A DNA stretch of 37,688 nucleotides from Armatimonadia bacterium (lineage in GTDB: Bacteria; Armatimonadota; Zipacnadia; Zipacnadales; UBA11051), in contig JBDKRC010000022.1 of assembly GCA_039683575.1 (NCBI GenBank), forward strand, positions 1 through 37,688. Direction: 5' to 3'. Below are positions 8,449 through 17,035 of this stretch, one piece after another (position 1 is the stretch's first letter; every line of letters begins with the position of its first letter). The notes beneath the pieces are model-generated. The model did no database searches. It had not been told where the DNA came from and was given only the letters and a program-made list of their open reading frames with translations. The position numbers and the translations under genes are program-made.

Positions 8449-8527
8449 CGCGTGGTAGGCATGCTCCGCATGCCGGACCCACTGAGCATGCTTTGTGTTC
8501 CGGCATGCGGAGCATGCCTTCCACGCG
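8449..8527. repeat. REP-like doublet, family B, copy 1, in the divergent promoter region
   Basis: 29-bp inverted repeats at 8449-8477 and 8499-8527 with one mismatch; each arm is GTAG-like plus the hairpin ggcatg-ctccg-catgcc. Confidence 0.9.
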
Positions 8528-8550
8528 ACCAGAGTTCAGGCGAGATTGGC

Positions 8551-8579
8551 TTGACAGTGACCCGCACCAACTCTAGTAT
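8551..8579 (+). promoter_or_regulatory. Sigma70-type promoter of the rightward operon
   Basis: TTGACA (8551-8556), 17-nt spacer, TAGTAT (8574-8579); GGAG and then ATG 8622 downstream. Confidence 0.75.
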
Positions 8580-8621
8580 GAACGCTGTCCGCCGCTATCT
8601 CACCTCCACGGAGCTTCAACA

Positions 8622-10229
8622 ATGGATAATCAGCCGGGTGTTCCGCGGGACGATGAGACCCTGAATGTTGAGCTTGAAAACAAACCGGCGCCGCAGCAGA
8701 AGCCGCTCGTCGTGAAGGGCGTGGGGGAGAAGCGGCGGTTGGGCGATTGGCTCATCGTGGCCGGCATCCCGGGCGTGGTGGCGATCGTCGGTATTGTTGC
8801 GATGGTGCTATGGCTGCGTGGGGAGCCGCAGGTGAAGGCTGGAGACCGGCGCGTGCCGGGCCAACAGGTGGCCGTAACGCCACAACAGACGCCCTCGGCA
8901 GGCCCGCAGGGCGTTACGCCCGCACAGCCGACGCCATCGGGCTCGGCAGCTACCACCGCAACGGCACCGGGCACGACGACCACCACCACCGGCGGGGGAG
9001 CCTCGACGTCAGCCCCGTCGGCTTCTTCGGGGTCACAGGTGCTGGGTGAGCAGGTCGGCTCCTCAGGCAGTTGGCCCTGTTTCCGTGGGGCGAACCGCAA
9101 CGGGATTAGCGGCGAGACGGGCCTGGCGCGAAGTTGGGGGTCTGGGCCCAAGCGGCTCTGGAGCGTCAGCCTGGGCGAGGGTCACGCGGGAGCGGCGGTC
9201 GCCAACGGCAAGGTCTACATTCTCGACTATGACGCCGGAGCGCGCAAAGACGTCCTGCGCTGTCAGAACCTCAGCAATGGCAAGACGCTGTGGACCCAGG
9301 GCTATGCGGCCGACATCAAGCGCAACCACGGCATGTCCCGCACCGTACCGGCGGTAGACGGCAAGTATGTGGTGACCCTCGGCCCGCTCGGGACAGTCAT
9401 GTGCTGCGATACGGGCAACGGCAAGGTGCTCTGGAAGAAGAACCTGGTACGTGAATACGGCACAGTCATCCCGCAATGGTACGCGGGGCAGTGCCCGCTG
9501 ATTGAAAACAACAATGCGATCATCGCACCCGGCGGCAAGGCTCTGATGATTGCCATCCACCTGCCGACTGGCAAGATCACGTGGACGACCCCGAACCCGC
9601 GCGGCTGGCAGATGACCCATGCCTCCATTACTCCCACGAGCTTCGGCGGCAAGCGGATCTACATCTATCCGGCGAGCGGCGGGGTAGTCGGAGTGAATGC
9701 CCGCGATGGCAAGATCCTGTGGGACACTCCTGAGTGGACGGTCAACACCTCAAACATCCCGGCGCCGATTGCTATCGGTGACGGGCGCGTGTTCTTCTGC
9801 GGCGGCTACAACTCCGGCGCGATGATGGTGAAGATGAACGACAGCGCCACGGCGGTAAGCAAGCTCTTCCGCGTGGCCCCGAACACCTTCCAGTCCCACC
9901 AGCAGACACCCATCCTGTACAAGGGCTACCTGTATGGTGTGAAGGTGCCAGGTGAGTTGGTCTGCATGGATCTCAACGGCAAAATCGTGTGGTCCAGCGG
10001 CAGCACCGCGCGGTTCGGGCTCGGGCCGTACCTGCTGGCCGATGGGATGCTGTATGTGCTGAGCGACAAGGGCGAGCTGGCGCTGGTGGAGGCTTCCCCG
10101 TCGGGCTACAAACAGTTGGCCCGGGCGAAAGTGCTGAAGGGCCCCGACGCATGGGCGCCAATGGCCCTGGTAGATGGCAAGCTGCTGTGCCGTGATATGA
10201 CGACGATGGTGTGTCTGGATGTGAAGTAG
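8622..10229 (+). CDS. Membrane-anchored PQQ-like/BamB-type beta-propeller protein
   Basis: One N-terminal TM helix and a Pro/Thr/Ser linker; WPCFRGANRNG, LWSVSLGEGHAG and WAPMALVDGKLLCRD. Confidence 0.87.
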   Translation: MDNQPGVPRDDETLNVELENKPAPQQKPLVVKGVGEKRRLGDWLIVAGIPGVVAIVGIVAMVLWLRGEPQVKAGDRRVPGQQVAVTPQQTPSAGPQGVTPAQPTPSGSAATTATAPGTTTTTTGGGASTSAPSASSGSQVLGEQVGSSGSWPCFRGANRNGISGETGLARSWGSGPKRLWSVSLGEGHAGAAVANGKVYILDYDAGARKDVLRCQNLSNGKTLWTQGYAADIKRNHGMSRTVPAVDGKYVVTLGPLGTVMCCDTGNGKVLWKKNLVREYGTVIPQWYAGQCPLIENNNAIIAPGGKALMIAIHLPTGKITWTTPNPRGWQMTHASITPTSFGGKRIYIYPASGGVVGVNARDGKILWDTPEWTVNTSNIPAPIAIGDGRVFFCGGYNSGAMMVKMNDSATAVSKLFRVAPNTFQSHQQTPILYKGYLYGVKVPGELVCMDLNGKIVWSSGSTARFGLGPYLLADGMLYVLSDKGELALVEASPSGYKQLARAKVLKGPDAWAPMALVDGKLLCRDMTTMVCLDVK

Positions 10230-10235
10230 CGCCTC

Positions 10236-10312
10236 CCGCGCAGTGCGGGCGTCTCGCCCGCTCGGTACGGTGGCGACGCGGGGCCTGCGGGCGAGACGCC
10301 CGCACTACGCGG
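10236..10312. repeat. REP-like doublet, family C
   Basis: 26-bp inverted repeats at 10236-10261 and 10287-10312 with one mismatch; arm = GTAG + t + gcgggcg-tct-cgcccgc. Confidence 0.88.
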
Positions 10313-10334
10313 TTGGTTTGAGAAGTCCGATCAC

Positions 10335-11312
10335 ATGAACGAAGAGCTACCCATGCCCCGAAGGCAACAGTCGTTAACGGTGATCGTGATTGTGGCGTTG
10401 CTCGCGGCAGCGGGGCTGCTGTACAACTACGTGCGCGTCGGACGCGCTGTGTCCGGCCAGGCGGACCGGGCTGTCGTGACGCAGACGCAGGGCTTCGAGC
10501 GGCTGCGGCAGGTGGATCCGGCGCTGGTGAAATGGCGCGAGGTACGCGAGATTCAGTTGGGCACTTCGGGTGCCAAATCGTTCGATGTTGATCCCAAAGG
10601 CAACTTGTACGTAGTGGATGGGACGACACTGCGCACGTGGTCGCTGCAGAAGCCGGATCAGGCGCCGTCCGTGGTGCCGGTGCAGGCCGATCTCGTGAAC
10701 TTCAGCGGTGAGTTGTGGCTGGCGACGGAAGCTTCCATGCGAGACGGTGCGGGCTCGGTCGTAACGGACGTCGAGCGCCAGGGCAAAGAGCAGTGGGTGG
10801 CGGATGCGGGGAAGCGCGTTGTGAAGCATATCGCTGCTGACGGAAGCGTCACGCTGATAGGGAAGGGGCAGTTGATACTCCCCAGCCCGCATCTGGAGCT
10901 GGCCCTGAAGCCCGATGGGAACCTGATCGTGAACAACCCCGGCAGGCTGCGGGTGGAGACCTACTCGCCACAGGGGAAGCTGCTCGGGCAATTTGGGCGG
11001 CCTGGCGTGGACATAGAGGGCTTTTCGGGGTGTTGTAACCCCATTGATGTGGCGGTGCTGCCGGACGGGCGCATCGTGACGGCAGAGAAGGGTTTGCCGC
11101 GGGTGAAGGTGTATAGTGCAGACGGGAAACTGGACAGTGTCGTGGCGACACCGGCGGACCTGTCGCGGCAGGCAGTGCCGCAGATCACTGTGACCAGGCA
11201 GGGGGAGATACTCGTATTGGATGCGAGAGCAGGGGTTGTGAAGGTGTTTGCGCCGAAGCAACCAGAGAAGATTGCCGGGCCCGCTAAGCAGTGGTATCTA
11301 AGTAGTGTGTGA
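10335..11312 (+). CDS. Membrane-anchored NHL-repeat beta-propeller protein
   Basis: N-terminal TM helix; WVADAG, NNPGRLRVETYS and FSGCCNPIDVAVLPDGRIVTAEKG; start may be ATG 10353. Confidence 0.8.
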   Translation: MNEELPMPRRQQSLTVIVIVALLAAAGLLYNYVRVGRAVSGQADRAVVTQTQGFERLRQVDPALVKWREVREIQLGTSGAKSFDVDPKGNLYVVDGTTLRTWSLQKPDQAPSVVPVQADLVNFSGELWLATEASMRDGAGSVVTDVERQGKEQWVADAGKRVVKHIAADGSVTLIGKGQLILPSPHLELALKPDGNLIVNNPGRLRVETYSPQGKLLGQFGRPGVDIEGFSGCCNPIDVAVLPDGRIVTAEKGLPRVKVYSADGKLDSVVATPADLSRQAVPQITVTRQGEILVLDARAGVVKVFAPKQPEKIAGPAKQWYLSSV

Positions 11313-11363
11313 AGTAGTTGAATAGTCGGACAAGCCGGGAATATCGACGACAGAGAACACATC

Positions 11364-11573
11364 ATGTATACGAGACGTGAATTTTTGCGGGACCTTGGCC
11401 GCGGCGCACTGGCGCTGGGGTTTGGCGGCGGGCTGGCGGCGCTCATTGGTCGGGGTGGCTCGCGCTGTTTGAAGGCTGACCTTTGCGGCGACTGCGCCGA
11501 GCTTGGTCGCTGCCGCAAGCCTCAGGCCGTGGCGGCGCGGCAGACGAGGCAGAAGGATCACCCTAATGGCTGA
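11364..11573 (+). CDS. Small Tat-signal-like protein with four Cys (CX5CX2CX5C)
   Basis: MYTRREFL followed by a hydrophobic stretch, then CLKADLCGDCAELGRC; its stop overlaps the next start. Confidence 0.65.
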   Translation: MYTRREFLRDLGRGALALGFGGGLAALIGRGGSRCLKADLCGDCAELGRCRKPQAVAARQTRQKDHPNG

Positions 11574-12150
11574 TAAGGTAATCCACCCGGACGAGAAGCG
11601 TGTGATCACGCGGCGGCAGTTCCTGGGCCATTGTCTGCGCGGCGCGGGGGTATTGGCCGTGGGCGGGCTGACCGGCGGGCTGCTCCATGCCGGGGCCGAG
11701 CGTGGCGACATGGTCTGGCAGATTGACCCGAGCCGCTGCATCGGCTGCGACAAGTGCTCCAAGTCCTGTGTCATCAACCCCTCCGCGGTCAAGTGCATCC
11801 ACGAGCAGGCCCTGTGCGGCTACTGTAACCTGTGCTTCGGTTACTTCGCCGATCAGCGCACCGCCGACACGCCGGGCGCCGAGAATGAACGCTGCCCGAC
11901 GGGAGCCATCGGCCGCAGCTTCGTAGAGGATCCCTATTACCAGTACGTCATTGACGAGCCGAAGTGCATCGGCTGCGGACTGTGCGTGAAGGGCTGCAAG
12001 ACCTTCGGCAACAGTTCACTGATCCTGCAGGTACGGCACGACCGCTGCCTGAACTGCAACGAGTGCGCCATCGCGGCGGTGTGCCCGGCGGATGCCTTTG
12101 TGCGGGTGCCGGCCAAGACGCCGTATCTGTTGCGAGTGAAGAATACCTGA
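11566..12150 (+). CDS. Tat-signal poly-[4Fe-4S] ferredoxin (NapG/MauM-like architecture)
   Basis: TRRQFL motif; CIGCDKCSKSC, CGYCNLC..CP, CIGCGLCVKGC and CLNCNEC..CP; AAGGA upstream of ATG 11566. Confidence 0.85.
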   Translation: MADKVIHPDEKRVITRRQFLGHCLRGAGVLAVGGLTGGLLHAGAERGDMVWQIDPSRCIGCDKCSKSCVINPSAVKCIHEQALCGYCNLCFGYFADQRTADTPGAENERCPTGAIGRSFVEDPYYQYVIDEPKCIGCGLCVKGCKTFGNSSLILQVRHDRCLNCNECAIAAVCPADAFVRVPAKTPYLLRVKNT

Positions 12151-13457
12151 TGCGCAGAATGCTTTTGTTGACAGTGTCGCTGATGGTTTCAGCGGCGGGC
12201 TTCGCCGCTGAAAACTTTCCGCGGCCGGAGTTCACGCAAGGCGAAGTGCTGCCTCCGACGACCACGCCACCGCCGAGGGCAGAGATATTCTCCCTGGTCG
12301 ACGTGGCTGTCCTGGGGCTCATGTTGGCGCTGGCTGCATATTTCAGCCTGCGGCAGCGTTCGCGGGCCAACCTCGTGCTGCTGGCGCTGTTGGGCCTGGT
12401 GTACTTCGGGTTCTACCGTCACGGCTGCGTGTGCGCCATCGGGGCGATTCAGAATGTTGGCTATGCGCTCGGCGGCAATGGGTACGCGCTGCCGCTGGTG
12501 GTGGGGCTATTCTTTGCCCTGCCCTTGCTCTTTGCCCTGTTCTTTGGGCGAGTGTTCTGCGCCGGGGTCTGCCCCTTGGGGGCGGCGCAGGAGGTTGTGC
12601 TGCTCAAGCGGGTGAAAGTGCCGACGTGGCTGGACAGCACGCTGAGCATGCTGCCGTTCATCTATGGCGGCGTCGCGGTGCTGTACGCTGTGACTGGCAG
12701 CGCCTTCCTGATCTGCCGCTATGACCCGTTCATCCCGTTCTTCCGTCTCGGCGGCACGGACCTGATGCTTGGGATTGGCGTGGGTGTGCTGCTGCTTTCT
12801 GTGTTTGTAGGGCGGCCATATTGCCGGTACCTATGCCCCCTGTCGGCCCTGCTACGTCTGGCCGCCCCGCTGTCCAAGTGGCGGCCGCAGATCACGCAAC
12901 ACGAATGCATCAACTGCCACCTGTGCGCGGATTCCTGCCCGTATGGCGCCATCCGCCCGCCGACGCCATCGGGTGAGAAGTACAACCGCCGGGCCGCGCG
13001 CCGGTCGCTGGGCTGGCAACTGCTGCTGATTCCCTTGTTCATCGGCATCGGCGGGGGACTGCTGCGGCTGAGCAGCCCCATGCTCGCGCGGGTGGACTAC
13101 CGGGTGCGGCTGGCCGAGACGCTTTGGCTGCAAGAGCAGGGCGGGGCATCCCAGACCACGACGGCGCCGCCGCCGATGCTCGAGGCTTACGACAACCGCG
13201 AGTTGCCGTACGCGCTCGCTTACCAGCGGGCCATCGCCATTCAGAAGTGGTTTGATACGGGGGCCTGGGCTCTTGGCGGCTGGATCGGCCTGCTGTTCGG
13301 GCTGAAACTCGTGGGCCTGATGCTCCGGCGACGGCGGGAGACGTACAGCATTGATCCGGGTGCCTGTGTGGCGTGTGGAAGGTGTTATAGCGTGTGCCCG
13401 CTGGAGCGATCTGAGGGCGACGCTGGCGAGCCGCCGGTAGTGGCTCGTACGGCCTGA
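12150..13457 (+). CDS. Polytopic membrane 4Fe-4S protein (NapH/MauN/NosR C-terminal-like)
   Basis: Multiple TM helices; CAGVCP and CRYLCP (CX3CP) motifs; CINCHLCADSCP and CVACGRCYSVCP; TGATG coupling to the upstream gene. Confidence 0.85.
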   Translation: MRRMLLLTVSLMVSAAGFAAENFPRPEFTQGEVLPPTTTPPPRAEIFSLVDVAVLGLMLALAAYFSLRQRSRANLVLLALLGLVYFGFYRHGCVCAIGAIQNVGYALGGNGYALPLVVGLFFALPLLFALFFGRVFCAGVCPLGAAQEVVLLKRVKVPTWLDSTLSMLPFIYGGVAVLYAVTGSAFLICRYDPFIPFFRLGGTDLMLGIGVGVLLLSVFVGRPYCRYLCPLSALLRLAAPLSKWRPQITQHECINCHLCADSCPYGAIRPPTPSGEKYNRRAARRSLGWQLLLIPLFIGIGGGLLRLSSPMLARVDYRVRLAETLWLQEQGGASQTTTAPPPMLEAYDNRELPYALAYQRAIAIQKWFDTGAWALGGWIGLLFGLKLVGLMLRRRRETYSIDPGACVACGRCYSVCPLERSEGDAGEPPVVARTA

Positions 13458-13525
13458 CGTTTGTAGCAAATCCGTAGCAATTGATTCACCGTGTATCGTT
13501 CGCGGCGCGCGCTTTGGGAGGCGTG

Positions 13526-15541
13526 ATGATGACTGACGAGTTTCCTGCCGTCCCGGCAGGTAGTGACCGAGCGAAGCTCTACCAGCGGGCCACGCTGATT
13601 ACAGCGGCGGTGGCCCTGGTGTTTTGCCTGGTTGTCCTGGGCCTGCTGATCAACAACACCGTGCAGGCGCGGTACTACGACCCCGTACAATCCTCGCAGA
13701 TGACGCTGCTCAAGGCCGAACTGGCCAAGCAGCCCACCAATCAGCAACTAATCGAGCAGGTCGGTACACTCGATGACTATATCCGTGATCGGTACTTCCT
13801 GACACGCTATCAGGCGGTCGTGGGCCTGTACCTGCTCTTGGGCGGGGCAGCCGTGCTGTTGCTAGCCCTGCACTTTTTCAACCGCCTCCAGTACAAAGCG
13901 CCCCTGCCGCTGTTCATTGAGCAACACCAGGCGTGGCTGCAGGCGGCCTTGGCGCGCCGGGCCATTATCATAGCGGCGGCGGTGGTGCTGGCTGGGATGC
14001 TGACTTTGGCGGTGTTGTCGCGCCATGACGCGGCGGCGGCGTATGCCAGATCCGGTCCGGCCGTACCGCTCGACCTGATGGCTCAGTCCTTCCCCAACCA
14101 ACCGCCGGACAGCGGCATGATGCCGCCGACAGGAATGCCCTCGATGCCGTCCATGCCCAGCGAAGGCATGCAGGGCCCTCCGGGGCCTGCAGGGCCCGCG
14201 GGACCTCCCGGACCTCCGGGAATGTCTGGACCTATGGGACCATCGGGTGCGCGTGGACGTCGCGGGGAGCGTGGCCCGGCCGGGCCTGCCGCCAAGGTTG
14301 CGAAAGCCCCAAAGCCCAAGCCTGAGCCGACAGGGCCGGGAGTCGCGGTCGAGGGTGGTCTGAAGCCGGAGGACCTGGTGAAGAATTGGAATGCGTTCCG
14401 GGGTCCCCTGAGCGGCGTTGCGACGGGTGACAAGTACCCTACAAGCTGGGATGCGACGGCCGGCAAGGGTGTCCTGTGGAAGGCGCCGGTGCCGCTTGAA
14501 GCGCCGAACTCTCCGATCTACTATGGCGGCAAGCTGTTCATGACTGGCGCGACTGACAAGCAGCGCGAAGTCTATGCCTACGATGCAGCCAAGGGCAAAC
14601 TCCTGTGGAAGAAGACCGTCAAGCCCAGCAGCGCTGAGCAGCCTGATGTGAGCCCCGACGCCGGCTATGCCTCGCCCACGATGGCTTGCGATGGGCAGCG
14701 CGTGTTTGCCATGTTCGCCGATGGCGATGTGGTAGCGTTCGATCTCGACGGCAAGCAGGTGTGGGACAAGCCGCTGGGCAAGCCGGACAACGTCTACGGA
14801 CACGCGTCTTCGCTTGCGGTATACAAGAACCTGCTGATCATTCAGTACGATCAGGGGCAGAGCGGCGACGATGGCCTGTCCGACGTGATCGCGCTGCAGA
14901 CCGCCACGGGCAAGAACGCCTGGCGCACGGCGCGGCCGGTGCCGGCGACGTGGAGCAGCCCCCTGGTGATCAACACGGGGCAGCGCGACGAGCTGATCCT
15001 GTGCGGCAACCCCTTTGTGATCTCCTATGAACCCGCAACGGGCAAGGAACTGTGGCGGGCAGAGTGCCTCAGCGGCGAGATCGCTCCCTCGCCCTGCTAC
15101 GCCGGTGGGCTGGTGTTCGCGGCCCAGGACGGGGCTGGCCTGTTCGCAATCCGCCCACCCGAGCCGGGCAAGGGCGACAAGGGGACTATCGCCTGGCAGG
15201 CCCAGGATGGACTTCCCGACACCGTCAGCCCCGTGAGCAATGGCGAGTACGTCTGGCTTACCACCTCCGCCGGTCTCGTGACGTGTTACGCGGTGGCCGA
15301 TGGCAAGAAGCTGTGGGAATATGACGTCAAGGAAATGGTGCAGGCCACGCCGGTTGTAGCGGGCAAGGGTCTGTACGTGACCGACGAGAAGGGCGTCACT
15401 CACATCCTCGAGGTCGGACCAACCGCAAAGGCACTGGGCTCCGGCAAAGTCGGGGACAAGGTGCGGGCGACCCCGGTGTTTGTGGACGGCAAGATCTTCA
15501 TGCGTGGTACAAAGACGCTGTTCGGTATCGGAGCGAAGTAG
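13526..15541 (+). CDS. Three-TM protein with a collagen-like stalk and a PQQ-like beta-propeller
   Basis: GGAGG ribosome-binding site; three hydrophobic segments; 14 G-X-Y triplets; [25 protein letters not shown] and WSSPLV motifs. Confidence 0.85.
   Translation: MMTDEFPAVPAGSDRAKLYQRATLITAAVALVFCLVVLGLLINNTVQARYYDPVQSSQMTLLKAELAKQPTNQQLIEQVGTLDDYIRDRYFLTRYQAVVGLYLLLGGAAVLLLALHFFNRLQYKAPLPLFIEQHQAWLQAALARRAIIIAAAVVLAGMLTLAVLSRHDAAAAYARSGPAVPLDLMAQSFPNQPPDSGMMPPTGMPSMPSMPSEGMQGPPGPAGPAGPPGPPGMSGPMGPSGARGRRGERGPAGPAAKVAKAPKPKPEPTGPGVAVEGGLKPEDLVKNWNAFRGPLSGVATGDKYPTSWDATAGKGVLWKAPVPLEAPNSPIYYGGKLFMTGATDKQREVYAYDAAKGKLLWKKTVKPSSAEQPDVSPDAGYASPTMACDGQRVFAMFADGDVVAFDLDGKQVWDKPLGKPDNVYGHASSLAVYKNLLIIQYDQGQSGDDGLSDVIALQTATGKNAWRTARPVPATWSSPLVINTGQRDELILCGNPFVISYEPATGKELWRAECLSGEIAPSPCYAGGLVFAAQDGAGLFAIRPPEPGKGDKGTIAWQAQDGLPDTVSPVSNGEYVWLTTSAGLVTCYAVADGKKLWEYDVKEMVQATPVVAGKGLYVTDEKGVTHILEVGPTAKALGSGKVGDKVRATPVFVDGKIFMRGTKTLFGIGAK
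14165..14290 (+). repeat. Collagen-like (G-X-Y)14 coding repeat
   Basis: [42 protein letters not shown]. Confidence 0.9.
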
Positions 15542-15563
15542 CAGTCAGAAGCGGAGACCATCT

Positions 15564-16901
15564 ATGAGTTCGACCGTTACCTTACCGCCCGTGCCAGTTG
15601 CGGGCGAGTTCGATGTCATAGTCTGCGGAGCCGGCCCTGCGGGGCTCGGCGCGGCTCTCGCCGCGGCACGACGCGGAGTGCGGACGCTGCTGCTGGAGCG
15701 CATGGGGGCGGTCGGCGGGCAGGGCAGTCACCTGCCGGTCAATACGTGGTGTGACACCCCCGGCGGCAAGCTGTTCGATGAGTTGGAAAGCAGGCTGGCG
15801 GCGCTGGGCAAAGTCCGGCGGGAGTTCTCTCCGGATAGGCATGTCTACCCACGGGGCCGCGCAGTGCTGGAGCGCGAGACGCTCAAGCTCGTAGCAATGG
15901 AGATGCTCCTGGAAGCCGGTGTGGAGGTGCGTCTGGGGACGGCCTTCGTGCAGACGCTGACTGAGGGCGAGCAAGTCACCGGCGTCGTCGTAGCCGACAA
16001 AAACGGGCTCTACGCCTTGTCAGCGAAGGTCGTGATAGACTGCACCGCCGATGCGGATGTGGCCGCGAGTGCCGGGGCTGAGTGCCGCAAGGGCGAGCCC
16101 ACCGACGGCCGCCTTATGCATGTGAATTACATGTTCGAGATACTCGGAGCTGACCGACAGCGCTACGAGGCTGAGAAGCCGGCCACCGAGGACCTGCTGG
16201 CGATGATCGCAGAGGCGCGGGAGCGTGGGGAGTTGTCCGCCCCGCCGGGCGCCTTCCGGCCGCTGGCCAAGACCTTCCCGTACGTTGCCGCTGAAGACGT
16301 GCTCGCACTCAACTCCTGGGAGATCGAGGGTGTGGATTGCTCGGACTGGGCGGCGGTCAATGAACTCTTGTGTCGGTGTCAGGCCATCGCGCTGCAGGTC
16401 GTGCGCTTTGCGCGCAAGTACCTGCCGGGGTACGAGAACTGCTCCGTGGGGCGGGTGTGGGATGTGCTGGGGACACGGGAGTCGCGTCGGCTGGTGGGCA
16501 AGTCGACACTGACCGGAGACGAGATTCTCTCAGCCCGCAAGTTCGACGACGGAATCGAGCAGGCCACGTTCTTCATTGATTTCCACGACTCGCCGCCGGG
16601 GCGCAGCATCCCCTACACGCAGGACTTTCGCGTCAGTCACGCCCCGTCGCTGGGCGACTGGTACGAGATCCGCTACGGGTGCCTTGTCCCCGAGCGCGTG
16701 ACGGGCCTGCTGGTCGCAGGCCGCTGCATCTCCGCCGAGCGCGAGGGTCTGGCCTCGATGCGCGTGATGCCCTCGTGCATGTTCACCGGCGAGGCCGCTG
16801 GTACTGCCGCGGCGCTGGCCGTGCAGCGTGGGGTACGGCCGCACGAACTGGATGGGCGCGAGTTGAAGCCGCTGGTGATGACGCCGGATAGGTTGATGTG
16901 A
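15564..16901 (+). CDS. FAD-dependent oxidoreductase (FAD_oxidored/PF12831-type)
   Basis: DVIVCGAGPAG, IDCTADAD, RESRRLVG, YEIRYGCLVP, LLVAGRCIS and RVMPSCMFTGEAAG; GGAG before ATG 15564. Confidence 0.88.
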   Translation: MSSTVTLPPVPVAGEFDVIVCGAGPAGLGAALAAARRGVRTLLLERMGAVGGQGSHLPVNTWCDTPGGKLFDELESRLAALGKVRREFSPDRHVYPRGRAVLERETLKLVAMEMLLEAGVEVRLGTAFVQTLTEGEQVTGVVVADKNGLYALSAKVVIDCTADADVAASAGAECRKGEPTDGRLMHVNYMFEILGADRQRYEAEKPATEDLLAMIAEARERGELSAPPGAFRPLAKTFPYVAAEDVLALNSWEIEGVDCSDWAAVNELLCRCQAIALQVVRFARKYLPGYENCSVGRVWDVLGTRESRRLVGKSTLTGDEILSARKFDDGIEQATFFIDFHDSPPGRSIPYTQDFRVSHAPSLGDWYEIRYGCLVPERVTGLLVAGRCISAEREGLASMRVMPSCMFTGEAAGTAAALAVQRGVRPHELDGRELKPLVMTPDRLM

Positions 16902-16907
16902 CCTTGA

Positions 16908-16991
16908 TCGCGTGGTAGGCATACTCCGTATGCCGGAACATGGACGAAGGCAGTCACGAGTCCCGGCATACGGAGTATGCCTACCACGCGA
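16908..16991. repeat. REP-like doublet, family B, copy 2
   Basis: Perfect 29-bp inverted repeats at 16908-16936 and 16963-16991 (tcgcgtggtaggcatactccgtatgccgg). Confidence 0.92.
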
Positions 16992-17035
16992 GAAGATAGA
17001 TACGCTTTCCACGTGAGACCATTAGGAACCGAAGC

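Noticed and set aside
8373-8570. N-terminal extension of the ferredoxin ORF in the ORF track
   Set aside because: It reads through the family B palindrome and the promoter region; ATG 8372 is more plausible.
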